A stretch of 64,000 bases of DNA from Acidimicrobiia bacterium (GCA_041576165.1 JBFGLM010000012.1:1-64000), one strand, 5' to 3'; shown: positions 9,249 through 18,584, numbered from the stretch's first letter. A program made the numbers and translations. The notes: generated by a model not told the origin, from the letters alone.

Positions 9249-9857
9249 TCAGGACGACGGGGTGGGATCGGCCGTTTGGGGCGAACTGGCCATGCGCTGA
9301 TACTCGTGCTCGAGCATGCCCCACACTGAATGGTCGAGCCACTCACCCCGGACCTTGATCTCTTCACGGAGGACGCCTTCGCGGACGAAGCCCAGCTTCT
9401 CCGCGACGCGTTCACTAGCTCGATTGCCGATCGCGATGCGCAGGATCAAACGGTGCAGGCTCAGCTCCTCGAAGCCGACGCGGAGGATCCGACGGGTGAC
9501 CTCGGACGCAACACCCGATCCGGTGGCGTCGCTGCGCACCCAGTAGCCGACCTCGCCACTCCGGAACCCTCGAGACAGGTACCACACCGAAACGTTGCCG
9601 ATGTGTTGGTCTGGATCGTCGCGGCGACGGATGGCAAAGTCGTAGGCGTGGCCCTCGCGCCAAGAACGCGCGCTGTCTTTGATGTAGTTGACTGCGTCGA
9701 GTCGCGAATAGTTGGCGTGGGCCCACGGCAGCCATTGGTGCAGCTCAGGCAGGCTGGCGATGACGGCCTCGTGGAGCGGCTCGGCGTCCCTGCGCCGGAA
9801 TGGGCGGAGCACGAATCGGTCACTCGTTCGATCGTATGGCGCCAGCGGTCCATCCAT
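9249..9857 (-). CDS. GNAT acetyltransferase, RimJ/RimL family
   Basis: GEVGYWV...GSGVASE, N.ASERVAEKLGFVREG.LRE. Confidence 0.9.
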   Translation of the reverse strand: MDGPLAPYDRTSDRFVLRPFRRRDAEPLHEAVIASLPELHQWLPWAHANYSRLDAVNYIKDSARSWREGHAYDFAIRRRDDPDQHIGNVSVWYLSRGFRSGEVGYWVRSDATGSGVASEVTRRILRVGFEELSLHRLILRIAIGNRASERVAEKLGFVREGVLREEIKVRGEWLDHSVWGMLEHEYQRMASSPQTADPTPSS

Positions 9858-9936
9858 CGCGACAAGCCTATTCGGTCAGGTGCTCAGTGCGGTGTCGACG
9901 AGTGGCCGTGATCTCGAATACTCGTACCGCCGTAGG

Positions 9937-10476
9937 ATGGCTGTGATGTACCACGAGCTGCCCGGCATTCGGCCCACCATGAACGACGGTGATGGCACGC
10001 CGCGGGCGGCCGTGCTCGTGCCGTTGTTCGTGAGCAACGGTGCGTTGCGCCTGATACTCACCAAACGCCCGATGCACATGCCGACCCACGCCGGTGATCT
10101 CGCGTTCCCCGGCGGCAAGCCCCACACCGGGGAGGAACCGGTGGACACAGCCCTGCGCGAGGCGCACGAAGAGGTCGGCATTCCGCCCGGACGGGTGGAG
10201 GTGCTGGGGTTCCTGCCCGAGATCCACACCGTCAGCTACAGCCGGATGGTGGTACCGGTGGTGGGCATCCTGTCCGGACAACCGGAGCTGCGGCCGGATC
10301 CCGGGGAGGTCGAAAAGGTCCTGTTGCCGGAAGTGGACCCATTCCGAGACGAGCACCGCTGGCGTGTGGAGTATTGGGATGATCGACCTGTCTACTTCTT
10401 TCCACTGGATGAGGAGATCCTGTGGGGGGCCACGGCACGTATGGTGCGCCAACTCATCGGCCTCGACCGGGCGTGA
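9937..10476 (+). CDS. Nudix hydrolase, CoA pyrophosphatase (NudL/PCD1-like)
   Basis: AAVLVPL, LTKR....THAGDLAFPGG, Nudix box TALREAHEEVG, WGATA. Confidence 0.9.
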   Translation: MAVMYHELPGIRPTMNDGDGTPRAAVLVPLFVSNGALRLILTKRPMHMPTHAGDLAFPGGKPHTGEEPVDTALREAHEEVGIPPGRVEVLGFLPEIHTVSYSRMVVPVVGILSGQPELRPDPGEVEKVLLPEVDPFRDEHRWRVEYWDDRPVYFFPLDEEILWGATARMVRQLIGLDRA

Positions 10477-11690
10477 CCGCGGCGGTCGTCGACGCCCATC
10501 GGCGGGCATGGGGAGTCGAACCGGAAGTCATCGCAAGCACACCGGGACGCGTCAATCTGATGGGCGACCATGTCGATTACGCGCTCCTACCCGTGCTGCC
10601 GGTCGCCATTCAGTTACGTCTTCAGGTTGCAGCGGGTCGAGCCGGCGACGGGCGCGTCCACGGCATGTCCAGTCTTGGGGGCGGGAAACTGACCTTCACG
10701 GGCGGCGAAGAACCGGCCGGGTGGTTCCAGTACGTGGCGGCTGCTGTGAGAGCTGCGGGCGCACCTGCAGAAGGGGCTGTGCTCACGGTTGACGGAGACC
10801 TTCCCCACACCGGCGGTCTCAGCTCGTCGTCGGCTCTGGTTCTGGCCGTTCTCGCCGCTCTTTTGAAGCTTCAGGGTCAACGGCCGCCGCCCGGCGAGCT
10901 GGTTGCTCTCGCGGTGGCGGCGGAACGATCGCTGGGGATTGCCGGCGGGACGATGGATCAGACCGTCATCGTCCACGCCGTGGCCGGCTCCGCGCTGCGA
11001 ATCGATTTCGCGCCGCCCGGCTTGCGGGCCGTCCCCATTCCCGAGGAGGTGGCATTCGTCGTGGCATCTTCGGGCACGACCGCGGCCAAAGGGGGTTCGG
11101 CGCGTGATGCCTACAACACGCTCTCGATCGGGGCCCGGGTGGTGGCTGCACTGGCAGGCCGGCGGCTGGGCGTCGACCCCGGATCGCCGCCGGCGCTCGG
11201 CACTCTGGGCGTGCAGGCCGCGGGCCTGTGCACCGCGATCGAAAGCTTGCCGGCAACCATTTCGCTGGCCGATGCTGCGGAGGGGGTCGGTCGCTCGCCC
11301 TCCGATCTGGCGGGCGAAAGCGGCCTGGCGCCGACTGCGCGGCTGCCGGTGGCTGCCATCGGAGCCCATCTGATTGGCGAGGCTCGGCGAGTCGACGCCA
11401 CGGAGGCAGCGCTGCGGGAGGGCGACATCACCGAGTTGGGGGCCATCATGGGGGACTCGCACGAGAGTTTGCGCCGGCTGGGGACGGTCACGGCCGGTCT
11501 CGATCGAGTGACCGAGGCCATGAGCGAAGGCGGGGCGGCGGGGGCGCGGGTGACGGGCGCCGGATTTGGCGGGTACGCTGTAGGGGTGTGCGCCCGCGAT
11601 CGCGTCCCTCGCGTCCTGGCGGCGGCGGACGATGCAATCGGCGAGCCGGCGTTTGTAGTGCGTCCGTCCGAAGGCCTGAGCTATGACTGA
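10473..11690 (+). CDS. Galactokinase-family GHMP sugar kinase
   Basis: PGRVNLMGDHVDY, GGLSSSSAL, GTMDQ, GARVTGAGFGG; GTGA overlap with the Nudix gene. Confidence 0.85.
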   Translation: MTAAVVDAHRRAWGVEPEVIASTPGRVNLMGDHVDYALLPVLPVAIQLRLQVAAGRAGDGRVHGMSSLGGGKLTFTGGEEPAGWFQYVAAAVRAAGAPAEGAVLTVDGDLPHTGGLSSSSALVLAVLAALLKLQGQRPPPGELVALAVAAERSLGIAGGTMDQTVIVHAVAGSALRIDFAPPGLRAVPIPEEVAFVVASSGTTAAKGGSARDAYNTLSIGARVVAALAGRRLGVDPGSPPALGTLGVQAAGLCTAIESLPATISLADAAEGVGRSPSDLAGESGLAPTARLPVAAIGAHLIGEARRVDATEAALREGDITELGAIMGDSHESLRRLGTVTAGLDRVTEAMSEGGAAGARVTGAGFGGYAVGVCARDRVPRVLAAADDAIGEPAFVVRPSEGLSYD

Positions 11691-12399
11691 TCGTGCGGTG
11701 GTACTGGCCGCAGGCCGCGGGACCCGGCTTGGTGAGCTGACAACCGAGACGCCCAAGCCCCTGCTCGACGTCGCCGGCATGTCGGTGATCGAGCGGATTC
11801 TCGAGGGCATTGCGGCCGCCCAGATCTACAAGGCGGCCATCATCACCGGCCACCTCGCAGATCAGGTGGAAGACGCAACCTGGGGACTCGCAGGGATGTC
11901 TCTCGAGTTCATCCGCCAGCCGACCCAGAACGGAACCGCAGGTGCGCTCTCGCTCGCCCGCGATTTCACACACCGGCAGCGCTTCTTCTTCACGTGGGGA
12001 GACATCCTGGTCCACCCCGCCAACTACGAGGCAGTCATAGAGACCGCCAGCTGGGCGGATGCAGTGCTGGCCGTCAACCACGTGGATGACCCGACTCACG
12101 GTGCGGCTGTCTACGTCGCGGACGACTTCATCGTGCAGCGGATCGAGGAGAAACCACCGCCGGGAGGCTCCACCACCAACTGGAACAACGCCGGCTTCGG
12201 GGTCCTCGGTGAGTCAATCTGGGAACAGATCGATCACCTTGCACCTTCCGAAAGGGGTGAACTGGAGTTGCCAGATGCCATCGCTGGGCTGATCGAGTCC
12301 GGCGCCAAGGTTCTGGCCGTCCCTGTGCAGGGCTCCTGGTTCGATATTGGGACTCCCGAGATCCTGGCTGCCGCCCGAGCGCACTACTCGAGTCGCTAG
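11683..12399 (+). CDS. Sugar-1-phosphate nucleotidyltransferase
   Basis: AVVLAAGRGTRL...TPKPLL, GTAGAL, EEKP, SERGELELPD, WFDIGT. Confidence 0.88.
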   Translation: MTDRAVVLAAGRGTRLGELTTETPKPLLDVAGMSVIERILEGIAAAQIYKAAIITGHLADQVEDATWGLAGMSLEFIRQPTQNGTAGALSLARDFTHRQRFFFTWGDILVHPANYEAVIETASWADAVLAVNHVDDPTHGAAVYVADDFIVQRIEEKPPPGGSTTNWNNAGFGVLGESIWEQIDHLAPSERGELELPDAIAGLIESGAKVLAVPVQGSWFDIGTPEILAAARAHYSSR

Positions 12400-12440
12400 C
12401 CGATCGATCGCACTGCGGCATCCGCGAACAAGGGTGCACT

Positions 12441-13685
12441 CTAGGTCGGACGGTCCCGCCGGTCGTCCAGGTCGATGGTCCGGCCTGTCACCCGCGACTC
12501 TTCGGCGGCAAACGCCAGCAGGTGACTCTCCAGTGCCTCCTCCCCGGAGGTCCGTGCCGGGAGGTCTGCCGTGACCGCACGCGTGAAGTACTCCATGAGA
12601 CCGCCGTCGCCCCCGCCGTGGCCGCCGGTCGCGTACCGGATCTCGACCTTCTCCACCTCGCCCGACCCCCGCTGGTGGATCTCGATCGACTGATCACGCC
12701 CGAAGTACCCGCGCAAGGTGGCATGGGTGCCGTCGTACCGCATCGTTCTCGCTTCCTCGGCAGCATGCCCGTGCATGATCAGAGTCCCTGTCGACCCGTC
12801 CGCTCTCTCCATAGCGACGACTTGATGATCGACCACGTCGGATCCGGCCGTGTACACGCACCGGCCATACGGGCCCTCCTTCAGCGCCTGGAGCCGCCCT
12901 GCCGGGCTCAGGTCGTCGGTGACGACGTGGACCGGCCACCCGGACCAGGCCTCGTTCGTGTACAGCCGGGTGGCCTCATAGTGGCACGAATCGGCGGCCG
13001 GGCATCCGTCCGTGCAGCGGGGCGGCGCACCCGGCGGGGCGTGCTCGGGGCGGAAATGCATGAGCGACCCAAACGAGTGGAGCCGCCGCACCGGGGCCGC
13101 CGCGTTCCATTCCAGAATGTCGAAGTCGTGGCAGCACTTCTGGACCACCATCGGTGTGGAGGTCTCACCCCGGGCCCAGTTGCCCCGCACAAAACTGTGG
13201 GCCATGTGCCAGTACACGACGTTTTCGCGGTGCTCCACGGTGATGATCTCCCCCAGCCGGCCCGACCGGACTATTTCGTTGAGGGTGGTGAAGAAGGGCG
13301 TGTAGCGAAGCACGTGGGCGACGTGCAGCTGGCGCCGGGCGAGCCGGGCTGCGTCCACCAGGCGCCGGCTGTCGGCGTAAGTGGCGGCGATTGGCTTTTC
13401 CACCAGCACGTGTGCCCCGCCGGACAGCGCCGCCAGCGCGGGCTCCACATGGTGGCGGTCGCTGCTGGCGATGATCCACGCCGGTGCGTCCACCCCTACC
13501 GACTCGTGGTCGGCGAACTGACGGGAGGGCGGGATGTTGTGGATTTCCCCGAACCGGCGGCGCCGGCCCGCGTCTGGCTCGACCACGGCCACGATGCGGA
13601 TGGAGTCCGGATAGCGACGGGCGTAGTCGCCGTACACGTACCGGCCTCGCTGGCCGGCTCCGACGAGTATCATATCCAATGGCAT
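12441..13685 (-). CDS. Gfo/Idh/MocA oxidoreductase
   Basis: ILVGAGQRG, VEKPIA, HVLRYTPFF, HSFVRGNW, KCCHDFD, GHGGGD. Confidence 0.9.
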   Translation of the reverse strand: MPLDMILVGAGQRGRYVYGDYARRYPDSIRIVAVVEPDAGRRRRFGEIHNIPPSRQFADHESVGVDAPAWIIASSDRHHVEPALAALSGGAHVLVEKPIAATYADSRRLVDAARLARRQLHVAHVLRYTPFFTTLNEIVRSGRLGEIITVEHRENVVYWHMAHSFVRGNWARGETSTPMVVQKCCHDFDILEWNAAAPVRRLHSFGSLMHFRPEHAPPGAPPRCTDGCPAADSCHYEATRLYTNEAWSGWPVHVVTDDLSPAGRLQALKEGPYGRCVYTAGSDVVDHQVVAMERADGSTGTLIMHGHAAEEARTMRYDGTHATLRGYFGRDQSIEIHQRGSGEVEKVEIRYATGGHGGGDGGLMEYFTRAVTADLPARTSGEEALESHLLAFAAEESRVTGRTIDLDDRRDRPT

Positions 13686-13891
13686 TGCCCGGCGAGCGTA
13701 CCCAGCTCGGGGTGCCGGCGGCCGGTCTGTCGACTCCCTGATCGAACTGGCCCGGCTGATCTCGATGATGGGTCGTGCAGAAACTCGCCGGCCTGTCCGG
13801 CCCAACACCCAGGCGCGATCGGGCTCTTGGTGGGTCTTCCGGCCGTTCGCCGGCCACGCTGTCTACATTCCTGAGCGCGCGCCGGAACGGG

Positions 13892-14686
13892 TCATGTCGC
13901 GGTCGGTCGGCCGGTGAGGATGTCCAGAACCTGCTGATGGAGCACGCCGTTGCTCCCGACCGCCGAACCGGCAGAGTAGGAAGCGCTGCCGTCCATGGCC
14001 GAGAAACGTCCACCGGCTTCCGGCAGGATCACGGCCACGGGAGCGACATCCCACGTGTTCACGATCGGATCCACCATCACCTCCATCCGGCCGGTCGCGA
14101 CGAGCGTATAGCCGTAGGCGTCTCCCCAGGTGCGGAGCAGAAACCCGCTCTGGTGGACCGAACGCATCATGGACGGGGGCATGGCGGCGAAATCGCTCGT
14201 AGAAAGCACCGCCGTTTCGACCCGTTCCGTCTGCGAGACGCGGCACGGAACGCCATTGTGAAACGCGCCGCGGCCCCGGCCGGCCCACACCGTCTCTTCG
14301 AGGGCGGCGTGATGGATCGCCCCGGCGACGATCCCGTCGCCGTCCTCCACTGCGAGCAGGGTTGCGAACAGCGGAACGCCATGGACGAACGAGAGCGTGC
14401 CGTCGATCGGGTCGATGATCCAGCGACGCTCGCCGGTACCGGTGACGCCTTCCTCCTCCCCGAACACCGAGTCTTCGGGGTATCGGACGGCCAGCTCGTC
14501 ACGAATGATGCGCTCCGCCGTGCGGTCGGCGACCGTCACGGGGGTGCCATCAGCCTTCTCGACGAGCTCCAGATCGGCTCGGCGAAACCACTGCAGGGTG
14601 GCGTCGCCGGCTGCTCGCGCCAGGGCGACGACCTCGTCGATCAGGGTTTCGTCGGCAGGCGGGGCAGGCGGCACCCGAAGCTCCAC
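13892..14686 (-). CDS. hisN: Histidinol-phosphate phosphatase, inositol monophosphatase family
   Basis: KADGTPVTVADR, GEE, WIIDPIDGT.SFVHGVP, R.WGDAYGY, WDVAP, EAGG. Confidence 0.78.
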   Translation of the reverse strand: MELRVPPAPPADETLIDEVVALARAAGDATLQWFRRADLELVEKADGTPVTVADRTAERIIRDELAVRYPEDSVFGEEEGVTGTGERRWIIDPIDGTLSFVHGVPLFATLLAVEDGDGIVAGAIHHAALEETVWAGRGRGAFHNGVPCRVSQTERVETAVLSTSDFAAMPPSMMRSVHQSGFLLRTWGDAYGYTLVATGRMEVMVDPIVNTWDVAPVAVILPEAGGRFSAMDGSASYSAGSAVGSNGVLHQQVLDILTGRPTAT

Positions 14687-14825
14687 GCTCTACGGTTCCC
14701 GGATCGTACCCGGACCGGACAGGCCGCCAACGGATTGCGACAGTTCTGACATTCATGGATCGCATCATCAGCGGGGGCAAGAAAAAAGATATTCGCGAGG
14801 TAAACCCCACGGCGGGGTAGTGCGA

Positions 14826-15049
14826 GTCCCCTCATGTCGGAACCATTACGGGACCGGCAAGCCCCGGATCCAGTCCGGAACGTCTGAGATCTAAGGGGGT
14901 TGTGGTTCGCAAGGACCACGGGAGAAGAGGGTCCGGGCGCCGGCGGCGGCCATCCGCCAACCGCTGCCGGCGCCAAGGCCTGTTCTCGATTAAGGGGGAC
15001 CAGGAGGGTGACGCCGCCGCCACGTTGTGCCCAGCGTGCCGGCGGCGTT
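14826..15049 (+). ncRNA. Candidate structured small RNA (family not recognised)
   Basis: Closing stem 14826-14843/14982-15000, helix 14864-71/14929-36, GCAA-tetraloop hairpin 14902-14919, 14-bp hairpin 14936-14974, terminal hairpin 15010-15049. The wobble positions are G-U only on the + strand. Confidence 0.5.
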
Positions 15050-15134
15050 GCGCGTGTTTGGGCCGGCTGTCCGGCGGTCCGGAATCGAGCGACGCACGAT
15101 TTGGCGGCGGTGGCGCCGCCGGGCTGAATCTCGG

Positions 15135-16709
15135 CTAGGTTGCCTCGACCTGCAGGCGCAGCAGGCCCACGATGATCCCATCGACCAGCGCTTCCCACGA
15201 CGCCTCGATGATGTTGGAGTGGACGCCGATTGAGCCCCAGGCGGTGATGCCGTCGGACGTTTCCAGCAGCACCCGCGTGGTCGCAGCCGAGGCCTCGCTC
15301 GAGTCGAGCACCCGCACTCGATAGTCGGTGAGCCGGAGCTGGCCCACGGCCGGGAATTCCACCTGGAGCGCCGTCCGCAACGCCTGGTCGAGGGCATTCA
15401 CCGGGCCGTTGCCTTCTCCGGTTGTCACGATCCGATTGCCGTTGACGACCACCTTCACCGTTGCCTCCGCCACGATCTCCTCGTCGGCCCGGCGCTCGGT
15501 GAATACACGGAACGACTCCAGTTCGAAGAACGGTTGCTTCCAGCCGGCGATCCGGCGCAGCAGCAACTCGAAGCTGCCGTCCGCCGCCTCGAAGTGATAG
15601 CCCTGATGCTCGAGCGTCTTCAGCTGGTCGATCACTTCTACCGCCAGCTCATCGGTGATCGGAACGCCCAGTTCCTCGGCCTTGGACAGCACGCTCGCCT
15701 TCCCAGACAGCTCCGATACCACCATCCGGGTGCGATTCCCGACCAGCGCTGGATTCTGATGCTCATAGGCGTCGGGCCGGCGAGCCAGCGCTGATGTGTG
15801 CAGGCCCGCTTTGTGGGTGAAGGCCGATGTTCCCACATAAGGGCGGTGTGGGTCGAGCGACACGTTCACGATCTCGGCGATGTGATGCGAGATGGGGGAG
15901 AGGCTCTGCAATCGCTCCTCGTCCAGGACCCGGCGGCCCATCTTCAGCACGAGGTCGGGCAGGATGGTGGAGAGGTCGGCGTTGCCGGTGCGTTCCCCGT
16001 ATCCATTGATGCAGCCCTGAACCTGCCGCACACCCTGCTCGACCGCGGCCAGCGACGACGCCACTGCGCAGCCGGCGTCGTTGTGGAAATGCACGCCGAT
16101 CTCGGCTCCCGGCAGCCGGGTCTGGACCTGGTTGATGGCGTGGATGACGTCGGACGGCAGCCGCCCGCCGTTGGTGTCGCACAGCACGACTCGCTCGGCC
16201 CCGGCGTCCAGCGCGGTCCGCAGGGCGGTCAGCGCGAAATCCTCGTTCGCGGCGAAACCGTCGAAGAAATGCTCGGCGTCGAAGAATACCCGCCGGCCGC
16301 GGCTGCGCAGATAGTCGATGGACTCGCCGATCATCATGAGCCCCTCATCGAGGTCGGTGCGCAGTGCCTCGCGGACGTGGTAGTCCCAAGACTTGCCGAC
16401 GATGCAGATGAACTCGGTCTCCGCGTCGAGCAGCGCCTTGAGCTGAGGATCCTCCTGCACCGAGATCCGTGGCCGGCGGGTGGACCCGAACGCAACCAGC
16501 AAGGAGTTGGCCAGGTTCAGCTCACGGCGGGCGCGCTGGAAGAACTCGTCGTCTTTGGGGTTGGCGCCCGGCCACCCGCCTTCAACATAGGTGACGCCGA
16601 GATCGTCGAGCAGCTGGGCGACGCGCAGCTTGTCGCCAACTGTGAGTGATATGCCTTCTTGCTGGGAGCCATCCCGCAGGGTCGTGTCGTAGATCTCCAG
16701 CTGTTCCAT
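15135..16709 (-). CDS. cimA: Citramalate synthase
   Basis: YDTTLRDGSQQEG, EGGWPGANPKD, FDAEHFFDG, LCDTNGG, HFHND, NGYGERTGNA, HKAGLH, EAADGSFELL. Confidence 0.92.
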   Translation of the reverse strand: MEQLEIYDTTLRDGSQQEGISLTVGDKLRVAQLLDDLGVTYVEGGWPGANPKDDEFFQRARRELNLANSLLVAFGSTRRPRISVQEDPQLKALLDAETEFICIVGKSWDYHVREALRTDLDEGLMMIGESIDYLRSRGRRVFFDAEHFFDGFAANEDFALTALRTALDAGAERVVLCDTNGGRLPSDVIHAINQVQTRLPGAEIGVHFHNDAGCAVASSLAAVEQGVRQVQGCINGYGERTGNADLSTILPDLVLKMGRRVLDEERLQSLSPISHHIAEIVNVSLDPHRPYVGTSAFTHKAGLHTSALARRPDAYEHQNPALVGNRTRMVVSELSGKASVLSKAEELGVPITDELAVEVIDQLKTLEHQGYHFEAADGSFELLLRRIAGWKQPFFELESFRVFTERRADEEIVAEATVKVVVNGNRIVTTGEGNGPVNALDQALRTALQVEFPAVGQLRLTDYRVRVLDSSEASAATTRVLLETSDGITAWGSIGVHSNIIEASWEALVDGIIVGLLRLQVEAT

Positions 16710-16740
16710 CTCGCCGCCCTCTGGTCGTCGGAATCCGGCC

Positions 16741-16773
16741 AACAAAAAACCCTCCGCCGTCGGGGCGCAGGGT
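16741..16773 (-). terminator. Attenuator terminator upstream of cimA
   Basis: Minus strand ACCCTGCGCC-CCGAC-GGCGGAGGGT followed by TTTTTGTT. Confidence 0.85.
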
Positions 16774-16803
16774 GCCGGGCGCATACGGGTTTGGGGTATG
16801 CGC

Positions 16804-16839
16804 CTAGTCGATGATGATGATGCCGGTCGGTGCTGTCAT
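16804..16839 (-). CDS. Ile-rich leader peptide MTAPTGIIIID of the cimA attenuator
   Basis: ATG ACA GCA CCG ACC GGC ATC ATC ATC ATC GAC TAG, directly upstream of a hairpin, a U-tailed terminator and cimA. Confidence 0.85.
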   Translation of the reverse strand: MTAPTGIIIID

Positions 16840-16848
16840 AGAAATACA

Positions 16849-16877
16849 AGTATTGCGATGAGATCCCTGGTGGTCAA
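16849..16877 (-). promoter_or_regulatory. Sigma70-type promoter for the cimA leader (near-leaderless)
   Basis: TTGACC-N17-AATACT, 9 nt before the leader ATG. Confidence 0.5.
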
Positions 16878-16897
16878 CCCCGGCCCGGGGGCGGACC

Positions 16898-17962
16898 TCA
16901 GCCGCGGCGCCGGTTGTCCGGCCCGGACATTCGCCGGATGGCGGGCCGGATGACGTTGATCGGCAGTTCAACCAGGCCAGACAGCAAGCTCGACAGGCGT
17001 TTCGGGTCGGGCGGGGCCGGCGGCGTCAGATACCCGACGCGAATGAACAGCAGTGTCGAGCCGATCCCCACGACGAGCATGATGGCCAGGACGGCGACGA
17101 AGCCCCGGCCGGCCGTGCTGAAGGGGAGGTCGTCGACGTTCATGCCCCAGATACCCGCGATCAACGTCATCGGGAGGACCACCGCCGCATAAATAGTCAA
17201 CACGCGGGTCACGTCACCCGTCCTCTCCGCAACGGCCCCTCGATACGTGTTCACTGCGTCGGACAGGATCGTGCGGGCCGTGAGGAGGTCATCCACCAAT
17301 GCTCGGTGCAGATCCGCAGCATCCGCGAACCGTTCACGAGCTGTTGCGGCGACCCATGCCTGCTCTGCGGCCAGCTGCTCCATGACGCCGCGCTGAGCCC
17401 GCAGAGTCGTGCGTATCACGACCTCGCTGCGGAGAAGTGTTTGGATTTCGAAGAGGGTTCCTCGCGTGCCGGTCAGCGCATCGACGCCCAGCAGATCAGC
17501 CTGGCCGGCCAGCGCATCGACCACCGGGGCGAAGCGGCGTGTCCCATACAGTGACAGGAGCGCCAACAGGCCTGCGGGCGAATCGACCTGGAATGTGTCG
17601 CCGCGTTCAATCTCGTCCCACAGCCAGTCGATCACCGGGATGGCCGCCGACCGGAACGTGAGGATCCAGCTGTCGCCGACGATCACGTCATATTGAATGG
17701 TGTCGATACGCTGATCGGCGTCCAGGCCGAGGCTATGCAGCGCCACGTGGGCGTAGCGGCCGTGGGTGTCGAGTTTCGGCCGGTCGGGGTCGCTGAGGAT
17801 GCTGTCGACGGTCGCGTGTCCTATCCCGAACCGCTCGGCGATCTCGAAGACGGCGTCGGGCTCGGTCTCATCCGCGTCAACCCATTGCAGGGCGCCCGGT
17901 ACCGGTCGCGGTTCGACCTCCTGGGAGCCCTGGTCTGCGGAGATGCGGATCGCTCGAATCAT
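16898..17962 (-). CDS. CorA-family Mg2+/Co2+ transporter
   Basis: RPKLD, LTIYAAVVLPMTLIAGIWGMN (GMN signature), two C-terminal TMs. Confidence 0.88.
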   Translation of the reverse strand: MIRAIRISADQGSQEVEPRPVPGALQWVDADETEPDAVFEIAERFGIGHATVDSILSDPDRPKLDTHGRYAHVALHSLGLDADQRIDTIQYDVIVGDSWILTFRSAAIPVIDWLWDEIERGDTFQVDSPAGLLALLSLYGTRRFAPVVDALAGQADLLGVDALTGTRGTLFEIQTLLRSEVVIRTTLRAQRGVMEQLAAEQAWVAATARERFADAADLHRALVDDLLTARTILSDAVNTYRGAVAERTGDVTRVLTIYAAVVLPMTLIAGIWGMNVDDLPFSTAGRGFVAVLAIMLVVGIGSTLLFIRVGYLTPPAPPDPKRLSSLLSGLVELPINVIRPAIRRMSGPDNRRRG

Positions 17963-18093
17963 CGCGCCACCGCGGCGGCTGCGAGAGGCGGTCCGGGCAA
18001 CGCGCAATCGAACATGTGGCGAAGATAGCTCGTATGGGCAGCCGTTCGGATCACTGGACGGCCGGTGCCGGGCTGCGCACGCCGCATCGCAGT

Positions 18094-18522
18094 TCAGTCC
18101 ACGGACGTGAGAAAGGAGTGCCCCGGATCCACGACGAACCTTCCACGGATGGACTGGCGGCCGAGCAGCATACGAAATCCCATCTCATCACGTCGGGCCA
18201 GCGTCATGTCAGTTCGAAAGGTCCGGTCGCCGATCCGGATCGTGGTTGATACGACGGGCCGCAGTTGGTACTGACCGTTGGAAGATCGGACCTTGCGCCA
18301 TTCCCGGATCGGCACGCGGACGGGCACCGATGGCTCCGACTTTCGTTGGATGGGGTGGATCTGGAACTCGGCGTACTGGAGGTCGCCGTCTTCGACCACC
18401 TGGAGACGGTGGGCATGCAGGGCCGAGGTGCGCGCGCCGGTGTCGACCTTCGCCTTGATGGCGTCGACGCCGAACTCGGGCAGGGCGACCCACTCGCGCC
18501 AGCCGATACGGATTTGCCTCAT
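18094..18522 (-). CDS. Retropepsin-like putative protease (RimK-associated/RimB-like family)
   Basis: IGWREWV.LPE, KAKVDTGARTSALHA, VRSSNG, MGFRMLLGR. Confidence 0.85.
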   Translation of the reverse strand: MRQIRIGWREWVALPEFGVDAIKAKVDTGARTSALHAHRLQVVEDGDLQYAEFQIHPIQRKSEPSVPVRVPIREWRKVRSSNGQYQLRPVVSTTIRIGDRTFRTDMTLARRDEMGFRMLLGRQSIRGRFVVDPGHSFLTSVD

Positions 18523-18584
18523 GCGATGGGGAGTGTATGCCACGCCTGACAGCATCAGGTTGGTTTGATACCCTGACCGGTGGC

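Noticed and set aside
14850-14885. SAM-IV-like stretch CAAGCCCCGG...CCGG
   Set aside because: Flanking SAM-IV core elements are missing and no + strand gene follows.
14755-15138. Short + strand ORFs in the hisN-cimA gap (21, 17 and 78 aa)
   Set aside because: No recognisable motifs and an Arg/Gly-rich shadow composition; RNA structure explains the region better, though translation is not excluded.
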